NCBI GenBank assembly: GCA_045537555.1 | Contig: JAZSPR010000050.1 | Span: 5,010-69,009 of the forward strand | Origin: Acutalibacteraceae bacterium | Lineage (GTDB): Bacteria > Bacillota > Clostridia > Oscillospirales > Acutalibacteraceae | Reading direction: 5' to 3' | DNA: 64,000 nt | In this document: in pieces, positions 1-8,800 of the stretch | Position numbering within the stretch: position 1 is the first letter of the stretch | How the letters are laid out: every line of letters starts with the position of its first letter | Notes under the pieces: generated by a model | What the model was told of the DNA's origin: nothing | Database searches by the model: none | The model's input: the letters and a program-made list of their open reading frames with translations, nothing else | Translations under genes and position numbers: made by a program

Positions 1-198
1 GTTTATTGCAAACATTGCCGTACCTATAGGAAAATTCCAGAGGTGATTTGCAAGAATCGCAAGACCTGTTGCACCGCCCGAAGATATTTCATTGGGCGAA
101 ACAAAACAGTTGACACCGACTGCATAGATGAATGCACCTGCCGAGCAGATAAGTATATCGAGTATTAATTCTTTGTAATTTATTTTATTCTTAACCAT
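1..198 (-). CDS. YitT-family (DUF161-type) integral membrane protein, N-terminal part only (gene runs off the left edge)
   Basis: Hand translation of the minus strand from ATG at 198 gives MVKNKINYKELILDILICSAGAFIYAVGVNCFVSPNEISSGGATGLAILANHLW, a typical YitT N-terminus. The start overlaps the mrnC stop by 8 nt. Confidence 0.55.
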   Translation of the reverse strand, partial: MVKNKINYKELILDILICSAGAFIYAVGVNCFVSPNEISSGGATGLAILANHLWNFPIGTAMFAIN

Positions 199-622
199 TG
201 TGCACCTCTGTTAAAAAACGGAACAATTCTTTAAGTCTGTCGGTGTTGCCGTTTATGTAAAGCCAGCCGAAAAGCACTTCAAGCCCCGTTGCGGCGTGGT
301 ACTCACTTTTTGACTTGTTACGGGGAGTGTGTGCCGTGTGGGTGTTTCTGCCTCTTATGAACATTGTGTTTTCTTCTTCGGTCAGATGAGGAATAAGCAT
401 TTTTATGGCATTTGCCTGATAGGTGGCATTTACCATTTCAATGTTTCTTTCGTGAAGCTTGTCTGCTTTGCATTTTGCCGAAACAGTCAGATATTCACGC
501 ACCATAATTCCCCATACGCCGTCACCGAGGAATGCAAGGGCAGAAACGGGGTAGCCCTCTGATGAAGTATTTTCCGTTTTCAGTTTATCGAAATTAAGTG
601 TAGCATCAGGGCACATACTCAA
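191..622 (-). CDS. mrnC: Mini-ribonuclease 3 (Mini-III, 23S rRNA maturation)
   Basis: 143-aa ORF with ALAFLGDGVWGIMVREYL, RGRN, HAATGLEVLFGWLY motifs typical of Mini-RNase III. It overlaps the obg stop by 17 nt, consistent with one operon. Confidence 0.8.
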   Translation of the reverse strand: MSMCPDATLNFDKLKTENTSSEGYPVSALAFLGDGVWGIMVREYLTVSAKCKADKLHERNIEMVNATYQANAIKMLIPHLTEEENTMFIRGRNTHTAHTPRNKSKSEYHAATGLEVLFGWLYINGNTDRLKELFRFLTEVHNG

Positions 623-1877
623 ACTCCAGATCGTAAATATTTACAGTATCGCCTTCCTGAATACCTCTGTTGCGGAGAGCATCAAGAATACCGCTTGTGC
701 CGAGCACTGTCTGGAAATACTGAAGTGACTCATAGTCATCCATATCTGTTTTGTTGAGTATTTTAAGAAGCCATTCTGCCTCGACATAATATGTGTCGTC
801 GATAACAGAAACCTTGAAGCCTGTGTTCTTTTTCTTTTCGAGCATTTCCATGGGAATGGGCTCTGCTTCATATTGCTTGATGGGGGGGAGTGTTGCGAGC
901 ATAGCAGCTGCGGCATTAACTACTTCCTGAGTACCTTCAAGAATGGGAGCGCAGATTTCAAAATACTGCAGACCCTTTGATTCAATATAATTTCTGAACT
1001 CTTCTCTCTGCTCATCTGTTGCCATATCGATTTTGTTACCTGCAACAATCTGAGGACACTTTGAAAGCTCTTCATTGAACACAACAAGCTCTTTGTTGAT
1101 TGTTTCAAAGTCTTCAATGGGGTTTCTGCCTTCACTTCCTGCAACGTCAACAACGTGAATGAGCATGCGGCATCTTTCAACATGACGTAAAAATGCGTGA
1201 CCGAGGCCTGCACCTTCACCTGCACCCTCGATAAGACCGGGGATATCAGCCATAACGAATGAGCTTTCGGGCCCCATTCTCACAACACCTAAAACGGGTG
1301 TGATTGTTGTGAAGTGATAGTCAGCAATAATGGGCTTTGCTTCACTTACAACGGAAACAAGAGTTGACTTGCCTACATTGGGGAAACCGATGAGACCCAC
1401 GTCTGCAAGAAGCTTGAGTTCAAGGATAACTTCCCATTCTTCACCGGGGACACCGTCTTTTGCAAAACGGGGAGTCTGACGGGTGGGAGTTGCAAAATGA
1501 GAGTTACCCCAACCGCCTTTACCGCCTTTTGCGGCAATGAAAGGCTCGTCCGAGGACATATCGGCAATAACAACTCCGCTTTCAGCTTCACGGATTATTG
1601 TGCCGCGGGGGACTCTGATTATGAGGTCCTGACCCTTTTTGCCGTTCTTTCTTGAACCTGAACCGTTCTGACCGCTTTCGGCTGTGTATTTTCTTTTGTA
1701 ACGGAAATCGGCAAGAGTTGAAAGGTTAGTGTCAATCTTAAAAACGATGTCGCCGCCTTTACCGCCGTCACCGCCGTCGGGACCGCCCGAAGCGACATAC
1801 TTTTCTCTGTGGAATGCAACGGCACCGTTACCGCCGTTACCTGCCTTTATTTTTATTTTTGCTTTATCAACAAACAT
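606..1877 (-). CDS. obg: GTPase Obg/CgtA
   Basis: 423 aa. It has the N-terminal Gly-rich Obg fold (MFVDKAKIKIKAGNGGNGAVAFHREKY), G1 GFPNVGKST, G3 DIPGLIEGA, G4 NKID and a C-terminal TGS-like OCT domain. Confidence 0.95.
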   Translation of the reverse strand: MFVDKAKIKIKAGNGGNGAVAFHREKYVASGGPDGGDGGKGGDIVFKIDTNLSTLADFRYKRKYTAESGQNGSGSRKNGKKGQDLIIRVPRGTIIREAESGVVIADMSSDEPFIAAKGGKGGWGNSHFATPTRQTPRFAKDGVPGEEWEVILELKLLADVGLIGFPNVGKSTLVSVVSEAKPIIADYHFTTITPVLGVVRMGPESSFVMADIPGLIEGAGEGAGLGHAFLRHVERCRMLIHVVDVAGSEGRNPIEDFETINKELVVFNEELSKCPQIVAGNKIDMATDEQREEFRNYIESKGLQYFEICAPILEGTQEVVNAAAAMLATLPPIKQYEAEPIPMEMLEKKKNTGFKVSVIDDTYYVEAEWLLKILNKTDMDDYESLQYFQTVLGTSGILDALRNRGIQEGDTVNIYDLEFEYVP

Positions 1878-1972
1878 ACTTTATACCTCGTAGTTTTATG
1901 TTTACATAATTAATCATTATAAGTATAGCATATTTAAATTAAAATATAAATAGGGAAAATAAATTTTTTTGC

Positions 1973-2004
1973 AAAAAAATAACCGCAGAAATTAATCTGC
2001 GGTT
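1973..2004 (-). terminator. Rho-independent terminator of the dockerin-protein gene (minus strand)
   Basis: 9-bp stem AACCGCAGA/TCTGCGGTT with a 6-nt loop. The A-run at 1973-1980 on the plus strand gives a T-run on the minus strand. Confidence 0.6.
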
Positions 2005-2011
2005 ACAGTTA

Positions 2012-2983
2012 TCAGAAGTTTGTTGTTAATGTTTCAATTCTTCCGTTATTATCGATAATATTTAAATTGATTAATCTCGGATATGTATATGTTGAGTATT
2101 GGGGGTGTTCATACATAAGTTGATAATTTTCAAAATTATAAACTTCATATATTGTAGTCGGTGCACCGAAATGCAATGCAATGAGGTCAATATAATCTGT
2201 CTGTGTTCGGAATAACTTGTTATAATTGTTGTAATATGTGGGTTTTGGATTCCAGCAATTCAGACTCATAATTCTTTTTTCTTTTTGTGATGAAAGAATA
2301 TCACAGCTGTATAAAGTGAATCCTTCTGACATAGTTTCTGTCATAGCAAATGAATAAAGATTTGTTTCGGGATTCTTCCAGATAAATAAATCTTTATCTG
2401 CAAATTCTTCAGTAACATACTGAGCTTTTAGTGCAACTTTTCCGTTTTTGCAATCATATATTCTCAGAAGAAAAACATCAGCAGAATATGTTGTTATTCC
2501 CTCAGTTTTGGTATGATATGCAACAGCTAATTGCGGATTTTCAGAACCTGACATCATCTTGCATATTACTGCACCTATAAAATGATATTGCACATTATTA
2601 TGTGTTAATATATAGTCGTCTTTTCTCAGTTGTTCAATGTATAATTTTGTGTAATCAACTGCAGGAGAAGGTTTGCCGTTTGTGTAAGACACGGGAGTTT
2701 CAAGTTTTGCTGCCGTTCTGAGAGCTTTACGGGCATCTGTTGCACTTATTTTTCCGTCTGTATTACAATCTGCTATCAGTTTCTGCTCAGCATTAAGGGT
2801 TGCAAGTGAAGCAGAAGCCCTGAGAATCAGTCTTGCATCGGAAGCTTCCACTTTACCGTTTTTATTAATATCGCCATAGTATAATGTTGCTTCGGCAGAT
2901 ACGGTAATACCTGTCAAGGGAAGTGCTGATAACAGCATTATAAAACAAAGGGTTGTTGAAATTATTCTTTTTGTGATGTTCAT
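2012..2983 (-). CDS. Secreted protein with an N-terminal dockerin module and an unassigned ~220-aa C-terminal domain
   Basis: Signal peptide MNITKRIISTTLCFIMLLSALPLTGITVSAEA. Two dockerin repeats follow: GDINKNGKVEASDARLILRASA and DCNTDGKISATDARKALRTAA. GGAGG RBS upstream. Confidence 0.7.
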   Translation of the reverse strand: MNITKRIISTTLCFIMLLSALPLTGITVSAEATLYYGDINKNGKVEASDARLILRASASLATLNAEQKLIADCNTDGKISATDARKALRTAAKLETPVSYTNGKPSPAVDYTKLYIEQLRKDDYILTHNNVQYHFIGAVICKMMSGSENPQLAVAYHTKTEGITTYSADVFLLRIYDCKNGKVALKAQYVTEEFADKDLFIWKNPETNLYSFAMTETMSEGFTLYSCDILSSQKEKRIMSLNCWNPKPTYYNNYNKLFRTQTDYIDLIALHFGAPTTIYEVYNFENYQLMYEHPQYSTYTYPRLINLNIIDNNGRIETLTTNF

Positions 2984-3141
2984 ATATGTAACCTCCGTGT
3001 TTTTTTATTATTTTATCATTTCTGAACGATTTTGTAAACAGTTTAAAAAAATTTGTGCTATAATGTGAACCTGAACACAATCTTCGTTATCTAATAGATG
3101 AAATACAAATTCGGTACCGTTTGTATGGAAAGGATAAAACT

Positions 3142-3603
3142 ATGGATAAACAAACATTTCAGAGCAATGTTCTGTCCTCGGAAGAAATGCTGTACAGAAT
3201 CTCCAAATCAATTTGTTTTTACGAAAGTGATTGTGAAGATGCCGTGCAGAGTGCAATTCTTAAGGCTTATGAAAAGCTTGACTCACTGCGTGAAGAAAAG
3301 TATTTCAGAACATGGATAACAAGAATACTTATCAATGAATGTTACAGAATAAACAAGCTCAAATACAGAGAAGTGACATTTGCCGAATATTCTCTTACAT
3401 ATGAGGCAAGGGAAGATAACTATTCATTCGTGTTTACTGAAATCATGAAGCTTCCGCCTAAAATCAGGATTGTTGTGCAACTGCATTATGTCGAAGATTA
3501 TTCTGTAAACGAAATTGCTTCAATTCTGCATATACCGTCAGGCACAGTAAAAAGCCGTCTTTCAATCGGCAGAACAAAGCTTAAATCAATACTGGAGGAG
3601 TAA
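3142..3603 (+). CDS. ECF-type sigma-70 family RNA polymerase sigma factor
   Basis: The track ORF 3121-3603 starts at TTG. I prefer the in-frame ATG at 3142 after GGAAAGGA. Region 2 (DAVQSAILKAYEKL, FRTWITRILINEC) and region 4 (YSVNEIASILHIPSGTVKSRL) are recognisable. Confidence 0.8.
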   Translation: MDKQTFQSNVLSSEEMLYRISKSICFYESDCEDAVQSAILKAYEKLDSLREEKYFRTWITRILINECYRINKLKYREVTFAEYSLTYEAREDNYSFVFTEIMKLPPKIRIVVQLHYVEDYSVNEIASILHIPSGTVKSRLSIGRTKLKSILEE

Positions 3604-3605
3604 TA

Positions 3606-4919
3606 ATGAATATAAATTTAAAAAATGAATATCCTGAAATGCCCGAAAGTTTTCATTCTGTTGTGTTTGAAACGGTTCAGAGTGTTGAAGAAAAGGGTAT
3701 GTCTGTCAGAAAAAAATCACCCCTGAAAGTTGTTGCACTTGCGGCGGCAATTACGGCTCTGCTTACCTTAACAGGTTTTGCGGCAAACACTGTCTATGAA
3801 AAATTTATCAACAAGGAGAATTATAAGGTAACTCTTGACCTGAACGAAGAATCAACAGATAATTTGAAATCACCGGAATATGTAAAACTCAATTTCGGTT
3901 ATCTGCCCGAATATCTTGACACAGCCGATGCTCCGTATAAGCTTGGAATAAAGACACAGACAGGTGATATTGCTCCCTCGGGGCTTACATTCCGTCTGTT
4001 CAGAAATGAAACGGCAAAAGACCTTGAAATATTCTATGTCGGCAGTGCAACTGAGTGTATGTTCGGTGACAATCAGGGTGCTGTTATGAAAATTGACACG
4101 GGTATTGAATCCGACGGTGACAATTATGATAAGGAGTTTCTTATCAATTTCGCTGATATGGGTTATGTTCTTCACTGCTATGTTTCGGAAAGAATCAGCG
4201 AAGATGAAATGATGAAAATTGCAAACGGACTTTCTCTTACAGAAACAGATAAAGAACACGCATTTATCATTGATACTTATATTCCGACAACGGATAACGG
4301 TGGAATAATTGAACCCTCTTCTGATATTGTATACTCATATGCAGAAGACGCTGTTGTAAGAGAGCTTGGCGAAACATTCAATATAACAGCCCACAACGGT
4401 GATATTGACGGAAATGATTATACACTCTGTGTAAAAAATATTGAAATCCGTGATAATGTAAAAGGTCTTGATTACAGAAGTTTCAATCTTGCAAAAGATA
4501 TTTCTGACTATGTTGATGAAAACGGCAATTTTAAAACTTATGATCGCAAAATTTATAATTACGGCGACGGTGTAAACTCAATTTCATCAATAAAGAAAAC
4601 AGAAACTGTCGGCAGAAAAATAATTCTGATTGATATTGAAGTCACAAACAATGAAAAATCAGCAAATGAGTTTTACATTGATGCAGGTATCTGCAGTATC
4701 AGCGGAACACACGAAGCAAACAGATTTAACAACTTTGAAGCCTCTTATATAAGCGGTCAGTACGGTGGGACCGGCGGTTATTATCACATTCCCTTTGAAG
4801 CAGGTGAAAAGAAAACTGTAACTTACGGTTTTGTTATTGATGACGATGCCGATTTTACAGACCTTATGTTTATTGCCGGAAGTCTGTGGGATGTTACGGA
4901 CGGTGTTGTAATAGAATAA
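3606..4919 (+). CDS. Single-pass membrane protein, putative anti-sigma factor partner of the ECF sigma
   Basis: It starts 2 nt after the sigma gene stop. A short cytoplasmic N-terminus is followed by one TM (LKVVALAAAITALLTLTGFAA) and a ~370-aa extracytoplasmic domain. No zinc-finger anti-sigma motif is visible, so the function is inferred from position only. Confidence 0.4.
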   Translation: MNINLKNEYPEMPESFHSVVFETVQSVEEKGMSVRKKSPLKVVALAAAITALLTLTGFAANTVYEKFINKENYKVTLDLNEESTDNLKSPEYVKLNFGYLPEYLDTADAPYKLGIKTQTGDIAPSGLTFRLFRNETAKDLEIFYVGSATECMFGDNQGAVMKIDTGIESDGDNYDKEFLINFADMGYVLHCYVSERISEDEMMKIANGLSLTETDKEHAFIIDTYIPTTDNGGIIEPSSDIVYSYAEDAVVRELGETFNITAHNGDIDGNDYTLCVKNIEIRDNVKGLDYRSFNLAKDISDYVDENGNFKTYDRKIYNYGDGVNSISSIKKTETVGRKIILIDIEVTNNEKSANEFYIDAGICSISGTHEANRFNNFEASYISGQYGGTGGYYHIPFEAGEKKTVTYGFVIDDDADFTDLMFIAGSLWDVTDGVVIE

Positions 4920-4926
4920 TAAGCCG

Positions 4927-5643
4927 ATGTCGAAAAAACATAATAAGGATAATACCCGGATAACAGTCCGTATAAATTCTTTGCTTATGGTAATTTGCTT
5001 TGTGGGGTTAGTATTATTTTTATCCGATAATGCTCTGATTGAAATGGATACCATGTCTCAGAATCCTGATTATCCCACGGGGTGCGAGATGGTTTCGGCT
5101 GTTATGGTGCTTGATTATTACGGTTTTGATGTGACTGTTGATGAATTTTCCGACAAATATCTGTTAAAGGGAAATGCTCCATATATATCTGACGGTGTAT
5201 GGTACAGCAGTGACCCTGATAAAGTTTTTCTCGGGGACCCGAAAAGTGAAGACGGCTGGGGAATATGGGCAAAAGGTCTGGCAAGAAGTATAAACTATTT
5301 CTTTGATGAAAAAGGAATTAAGGCAGATGCAGTATATTCCTGCTCAGACACACTTGATAATCTGTGCCTGAAATACATCCGAAACAATATTCCCGTTATT
5401 GTGTGGTGCACTGTAGATATGGCAGAGCCTTACAAAAATATAAGTCCCCGTATCGAAAACAGTGTTGACCGTTTTACATGGATAAGCCCCAATCACTGTA
5501 TGGTTCTTGTTGGATATGATGCTACGGGATATTATTTCAATGACCCTATGACGGGAAAATGCCGTAAATTCGGGAAAAATGAGTCTCAGATTGCATTCGG
5601 TGCCAACAATTCCCAGTCGGTTGTGATTGTCACGGAGAATTAA
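4927..5643 (+). CDS. Membrane-anchored C39-like (papain-fold) peptidase domain protein
   Basis: N-terminal TM (LLMVICFVGLVLFL). The motif YPTGCEMVSAVMVLDYYG carries a candidate catalytic Cys, and NHCMVLVGYD carries a downstream His, as in Peptidase_C39_2 proteins. Confidence 0.6.
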   Translation: MSKKHNKDNTRITVRINSLLMVICFVGLVLFLSDNALIEMDTMSQNPDYPTGCEMVSAVMVLDYYGFDVTVDEFSDKYLLKGNAPYISDGVWYSSDPDKVFLGDPKSEDGWGIWAKGLARSINYFFDEKGIKADAVYSCSDTLDNLCLKYIRNNIPVIVWCTVDMAEPYKNISPRIENSVDRFTWISPNHCMVLVGYDATGYYFNDPMTGKCRKFGKNESQIAFGANNSQSVVIVTEN

Positions 5644-5725
5644 TTCATAAAATTCTTTTTTACTCTTGCATTTTCTTTCGTGAAGTTGTAAAATAATCTG
5701 TAGATTATTGAAAGGAAAGTGTAAA

Positions 5726-6298
5726 ATGAAAAAGTTTATTGTTGAAACATCTGCAAGACACGTTCATGTATCACGTGAAGATCTTGATATTCTCTTCGGT
5801 GAAGGCTATGAACTCACAGTTAAGAAGGAACTCTCACAGCCCGGTCAGTATGTAACTAACGAAAGAGTTGCTGTTGTCGGCCCCAAGAGCCAGTTCCCCG
5901 CAGTTTCAATCCTCGGTCCCGTAAGACCTGCTACTCAGGTTGAAATTTCAGCTACAGACGCAAGAGCAATCGGCGTTGTTGCTCCTATCAGAGAGTCAGG
6001 CGACACAGCTGAATCAGGCTGCTGCAAGCTTGTAGGCCCCAAGGGTGAAGTTGAACTCAAGGACGGCGTTATCGTTGCTAAGAGACATATTCACATGACA
6101 ACAGCTGATGCTGCAGAGCTTCAGGTTGCTGACAAGGACGTTGTTAATGTTAAGATTGAATCAGAAGGCAGAAGCCTTGTTTTCGGTGATGTTGTTGTAA
6201 GAGTTAATGATAACTTCGGTCTTGCAATGCATATCGATACAGACGAAGCAAATGCTTGTTCTGCAACTCCCGCAACAATGGGCGAAATCGTTAAGTAA
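5726..6298 (+). CDS. pduL: Phosphate propanoyltransferase / PduL-type phosphotransacylase
   Basis: The track ORF begins at 5708. ATG 5726 follows GAAAGGAAAG. The N-terminus MKKFIVETSARHVHVSREDLDILFG and the second repeat AKRHIHMTTADA are the two PduL half-domains. Confidence 0.85.
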   Translation: MKKFIVETSARHVHVSREDLDILFGEGYELTVKKELSQPGQYVTNERVAVVGPKSQFPAVSILGPVRPATQVEISATDARAIGVVAPIRESGDTAESGCCKLVGPKGEVELKDGVIVAKRHIHMTTADAAELQVADKDVVNVKIESEGRSLVFGDVVVRVNDNFGLAMHIDTDEANACSATPATMGEIVK

Positions 6299-6315
6299 TA
6301 ACACAATAAAATGAA

Positions 6316-6355
6316 GGACTGTAAAACGTTGAGTTTTACAGTCCTGTTTTTTTTT
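6316..6355 (+). terminator. Rho-independent terminator after pduL
   Basis: 12-bp stem GGACTGTAAAAC/GTTTTACAGTCC with a 5-nt loop, followed by a T-run. Confidence 0.8.
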
Positions 6356-6357
6356 GA

Positions 6358-6559
6358 TAAATCAGAATTTGTCGAGGTCCCCTCGACAAATTAATGAGTA
6401 ATTAGTAATGATTAATGAGTAATGGTGGAAAGGGCTGCGCCCTTTAAATCCTATTATAGAGCGAAGCGGAACATAAGTCGCTTGCGACTTCCGACATTAC
6501 TCATTACTCACTACTCATTGCTCATTTTTGTCGGGCAACAGCCCGACAAATTATTGTTT
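6358..6559 (+). repeat. Structured intergenic repeat, copy A (GAGTAAT-word arms)
   Basis: The element starts TAAATCAGAATTTGTCG with a hairpin. Its arms are built of (T/G)AGTAAT words on the left and ATTACTC words on the right. The core is GGAAAGGGC-TGC-GCCCTTT..CCTATTATAG. It ends TTTGTCGGGC-loop-GCCCGACAAATTATTGTTT. The stop of the 603-aa minus-strand gene lies in the last 9 nt. Confidence 0.8.
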
Positions 6560-8362
6560 GTCTTCTGAATTAAGTTCAGGTAAAGAGTATTTCTCTTTCA
6601 GCTCTTCGATTTTTTCAAGCTTTGCCGATAATCTGAGAACGATTCTTGCATCGGCGGCATTTACATTTGAATCATTGTTGATATCGGAAACCTTCTTCTG
6701 AGCTTCTGAAAAGTCGGTTTCAAGTTTTGCCGAAAATCTCAGGATAAGTCTTGCATCGGCGGCTGTGACACCGTCTGAGAGCGTTGCATCGCCCCATTGA
6801 GTAAGTTGCACGGGGTTATCGGGATTTGTCGGGTTTTCGGGGTCTGTGGGATTTTCAGGCTCTTTTGTGTTAATCCATTTTGCATAAAGAGTGATGTTTC
6901 CCGTTGTATATGCTCTGATGTATTCGATTTGCTGAGTGTATTCTTCGTCAAGATACCATCCGCCGAATTTGTAATCTGAATTGATAGTCTGAGCCTCTTC
7001 AAGAGACACCTGTTCCGTGGTTGTTCTGACAAATATTTTGTTTTTGTTCACAACCTGTGATTCCTTTACTTCACCTGAACCGAGAACATATGATACGGAG
7101 TATGTTTTTTCTGTTATATCGGCATAAATGATGATGTCGCCGTAAGAATCGGCAGGTATTGAATCAATTTTTATTTTTCTTGCTTCGTCAAGACACCAGC
7201 CGTTAAAAATGAAGCCTTCTGCCTCGATGGGAAGGAGAGTTGTGTTGTCACCGAAATTGTATTTTACGGGGTTGGGATTCTCAACTTTAAGATAAGAAGG
7301 TCTTATCATCGCATAGTCATATGAAATACTGTACACAGCCGTTTCCCATTTTGCATATAATGTCAGGGGCTCAAGCTGACCTGCTTTTACGGTTGTAATT
7401 TTTTTTGTGAGCTCCTTATTTGTGTACCAACCTGCAAAACGGTAGTTTTTGTCTGTTGAAACGGGATCGTTGAGCAGAAGAGTATCAGTACTTCTTGCGG
7501 ATTCGGGATTGTTTGCATAAACTGTTGATGCATCAATTCCGCTTGAATCTGCAAGGACATATGTTATATTGTAACTTTTTACAGCCCATTTCGCATAAAG
7601 AATTATGTCTCCGCTTGTGCCTTCTGTAATTGATGTTACCTGATTTGTAAATAATGAATCGGTAAACCAGCCTTCAAAGGTGAATGCGGGGTCATCGGTT
7701 GAAGCATCGGCGAGAACGAGTTCCTGAGAGTAAGTATACTCTGCGGGATTGGGGTTTTCCACTTTATAGGAACTTTTTTCGGCTTCACCCATATAATATA
7801 AAACGGAGAAGGAAGCTTCTTTCCATTTTGCATAAACCGTTACGTCTTCGCAAGTGTAGGAATTAATTGATGAGACGGGTTTTTTGTATTCTTTATCAAG
7901 AAACCAGCCTTCAAATGTGTAATTGCCCGATGTGTGGTTAGGGGCATGAAGATAAACCGTTTCGGTTGTTTTTCTTAAAGTATCATTGCTGTTTGTTATA
8001 TCGGATGTGTCTGTAAGCACACCTGGGGTTGTAAGGACGTAATTTACGGAATATTCCGATTCATACCATTTTGCGTATAAAGTAATATCACCCTCAGAAT
8101 CTTCAGGGATTGATGTTATTTTTTCATTCATTGATGAATCTGCAAACCAGCCCTGAAAATCAAAGCCCTCGCATTCGGGATTATTGAGAATTAATTCCTC
8201 ACCTTTTATGTAGCTGTCGGGGTTGTTATTGATAATATATTCAGAGCGAATATCTGCAACGGTAAAATCATACTTAATAGTGTATTCTTCGTTAGCATTT
8301 GCCGTAAGAGGAAATACGGCAATAAGACAAAGAATCAGAAATATATATATGCATTTTTTCAT
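6551..8362 (-). CDS. Secreted Listeria-Bacteroides repeat (Flg_new / InlB B-repeat type) protein with C-terminal dockerin
   Basis: Signal peptide MKKCIYIFLILCLIAVFPLTANA. About seven ~75-aa repeats follow, each with Y.(I/V).Y..., F.GW(F/Y), (I/V)TLYAKW. The C-terminal dockerin reads DATLSDGVTAADARLILRFSAKLE and DINNDSNVNAADARIVLRLSAKLE. Confidence 0.85.
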   Translation of the reverse strand: MKKCIYIFLILCLIAVFPLTANANEEYTIKYDFTVADIRSEYIINNNPDSYIKGEELILNNPECEGFDFQGWFADSSMNEKITSIPEDSEGDITLYAKWYESEYSVNYVLTTPGVLTDTSDITNSNDTLRKTTETVYLHAPNHTSGNYTFEGWFLDKEYKKPVSSINSYTCEDVTVYAKWKEASFSVLYYMGEAEKSSYKVENPNPAEYTYSQELVLADASTDDPAFTFEGWFTDSLFTNQVTSITEGTSGDIILYAKWAVKSYNITYVLADSSGIDASTVYANNPESARSTDTLLLNDPVSTDKNYRFAGWYTNKELTKKITTVKAGQLEPLTLYAKWETAVYSISYDYAMIRPSYLKVENPNPVKYNFGDNTTLLPIEAEGFIFNGWCLDEARKIKIDSIPADSYGDIIIYADITEKTYSVSYVLGSGEVKESQVVNKNKIFVRTTTEQVSLEEAQTINSDYKFGGWYLDEEYTQQIEYIRAYTTGNITLYAKWINTKEPENPTDPENPTNPDNPVQLTQWGDATLSDGVTAADARLILRFSAKLETDFSEAQKKVSDINNDSNVNAADARIVLRLSAKLEKIEELKEKYSLPELNSEDKQ

Positions 8363-8583
8363 TTTTTATTTTCCTTCCTTAAAAACGGGAGTTGAATATA
8401 TTATAAAATAGTAACAAAAATAAGTCAACTGTAATAATTTACATGAAATTATTACAACTTTGTAATAATTGATTACAGGTTTGTTATAATCATTGACTTT
8501 AAGGGGGAATTGGTGTAAAGTATGCAACGTAGTGAGTAATCACTGATTATAGTTTTGATTATTATGAAAGGAGCTAACATATA

Positions 8584-8739
8584 ATGAAGAAGGTTATTCT
8601 TACAGTTGCTGCTCTTCTTGTTTCAGCTGCTATGGTTTTCTCATTTGCAGGTTGTACAGAAAAGCCCGTTGACGGTGAAGATGAAAGCGTTGCTGCTACA
8701 GACGTTGTAGAAGCAGAAGCAAGCTCAGTTCTCGCTTAA
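8584..8739 (+). CDS. Small lipoprotein (51 aa), not in the ORF track
   Basis: AAAGGAG RBS, then ATG 8584. The translation is MKKVILTVAALLVSAAMVFSFAGCTEKPVDGEDESVAATDVVEAEASSVLA with lipobox FAGC. A terminator follows immediately. Confidence 0.6.
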   Translation: MKKVILTVAALLVSAAMVFSFAGCTEKPVDGEDESVAATDVVEAEASSVLA

Positions 8740-8773
8740 TTTGTTAGCAAATATTTAATTTAAATGAAAATTG

Positions 8774-8798
8774 CTCCCGACTTTTGTCGGGAGTTTTT
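8774..8798. terminator. Terminator hairpin between the small lipoprotein gene (+) and cca (-)
   Basis: CTCCCGAC-TTTT-GTCGGGAG followed by TTTTT. It sits 3 nt from the cca stop codon. Confidence 0.65.
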
Positions 8799-8800
8799 CA

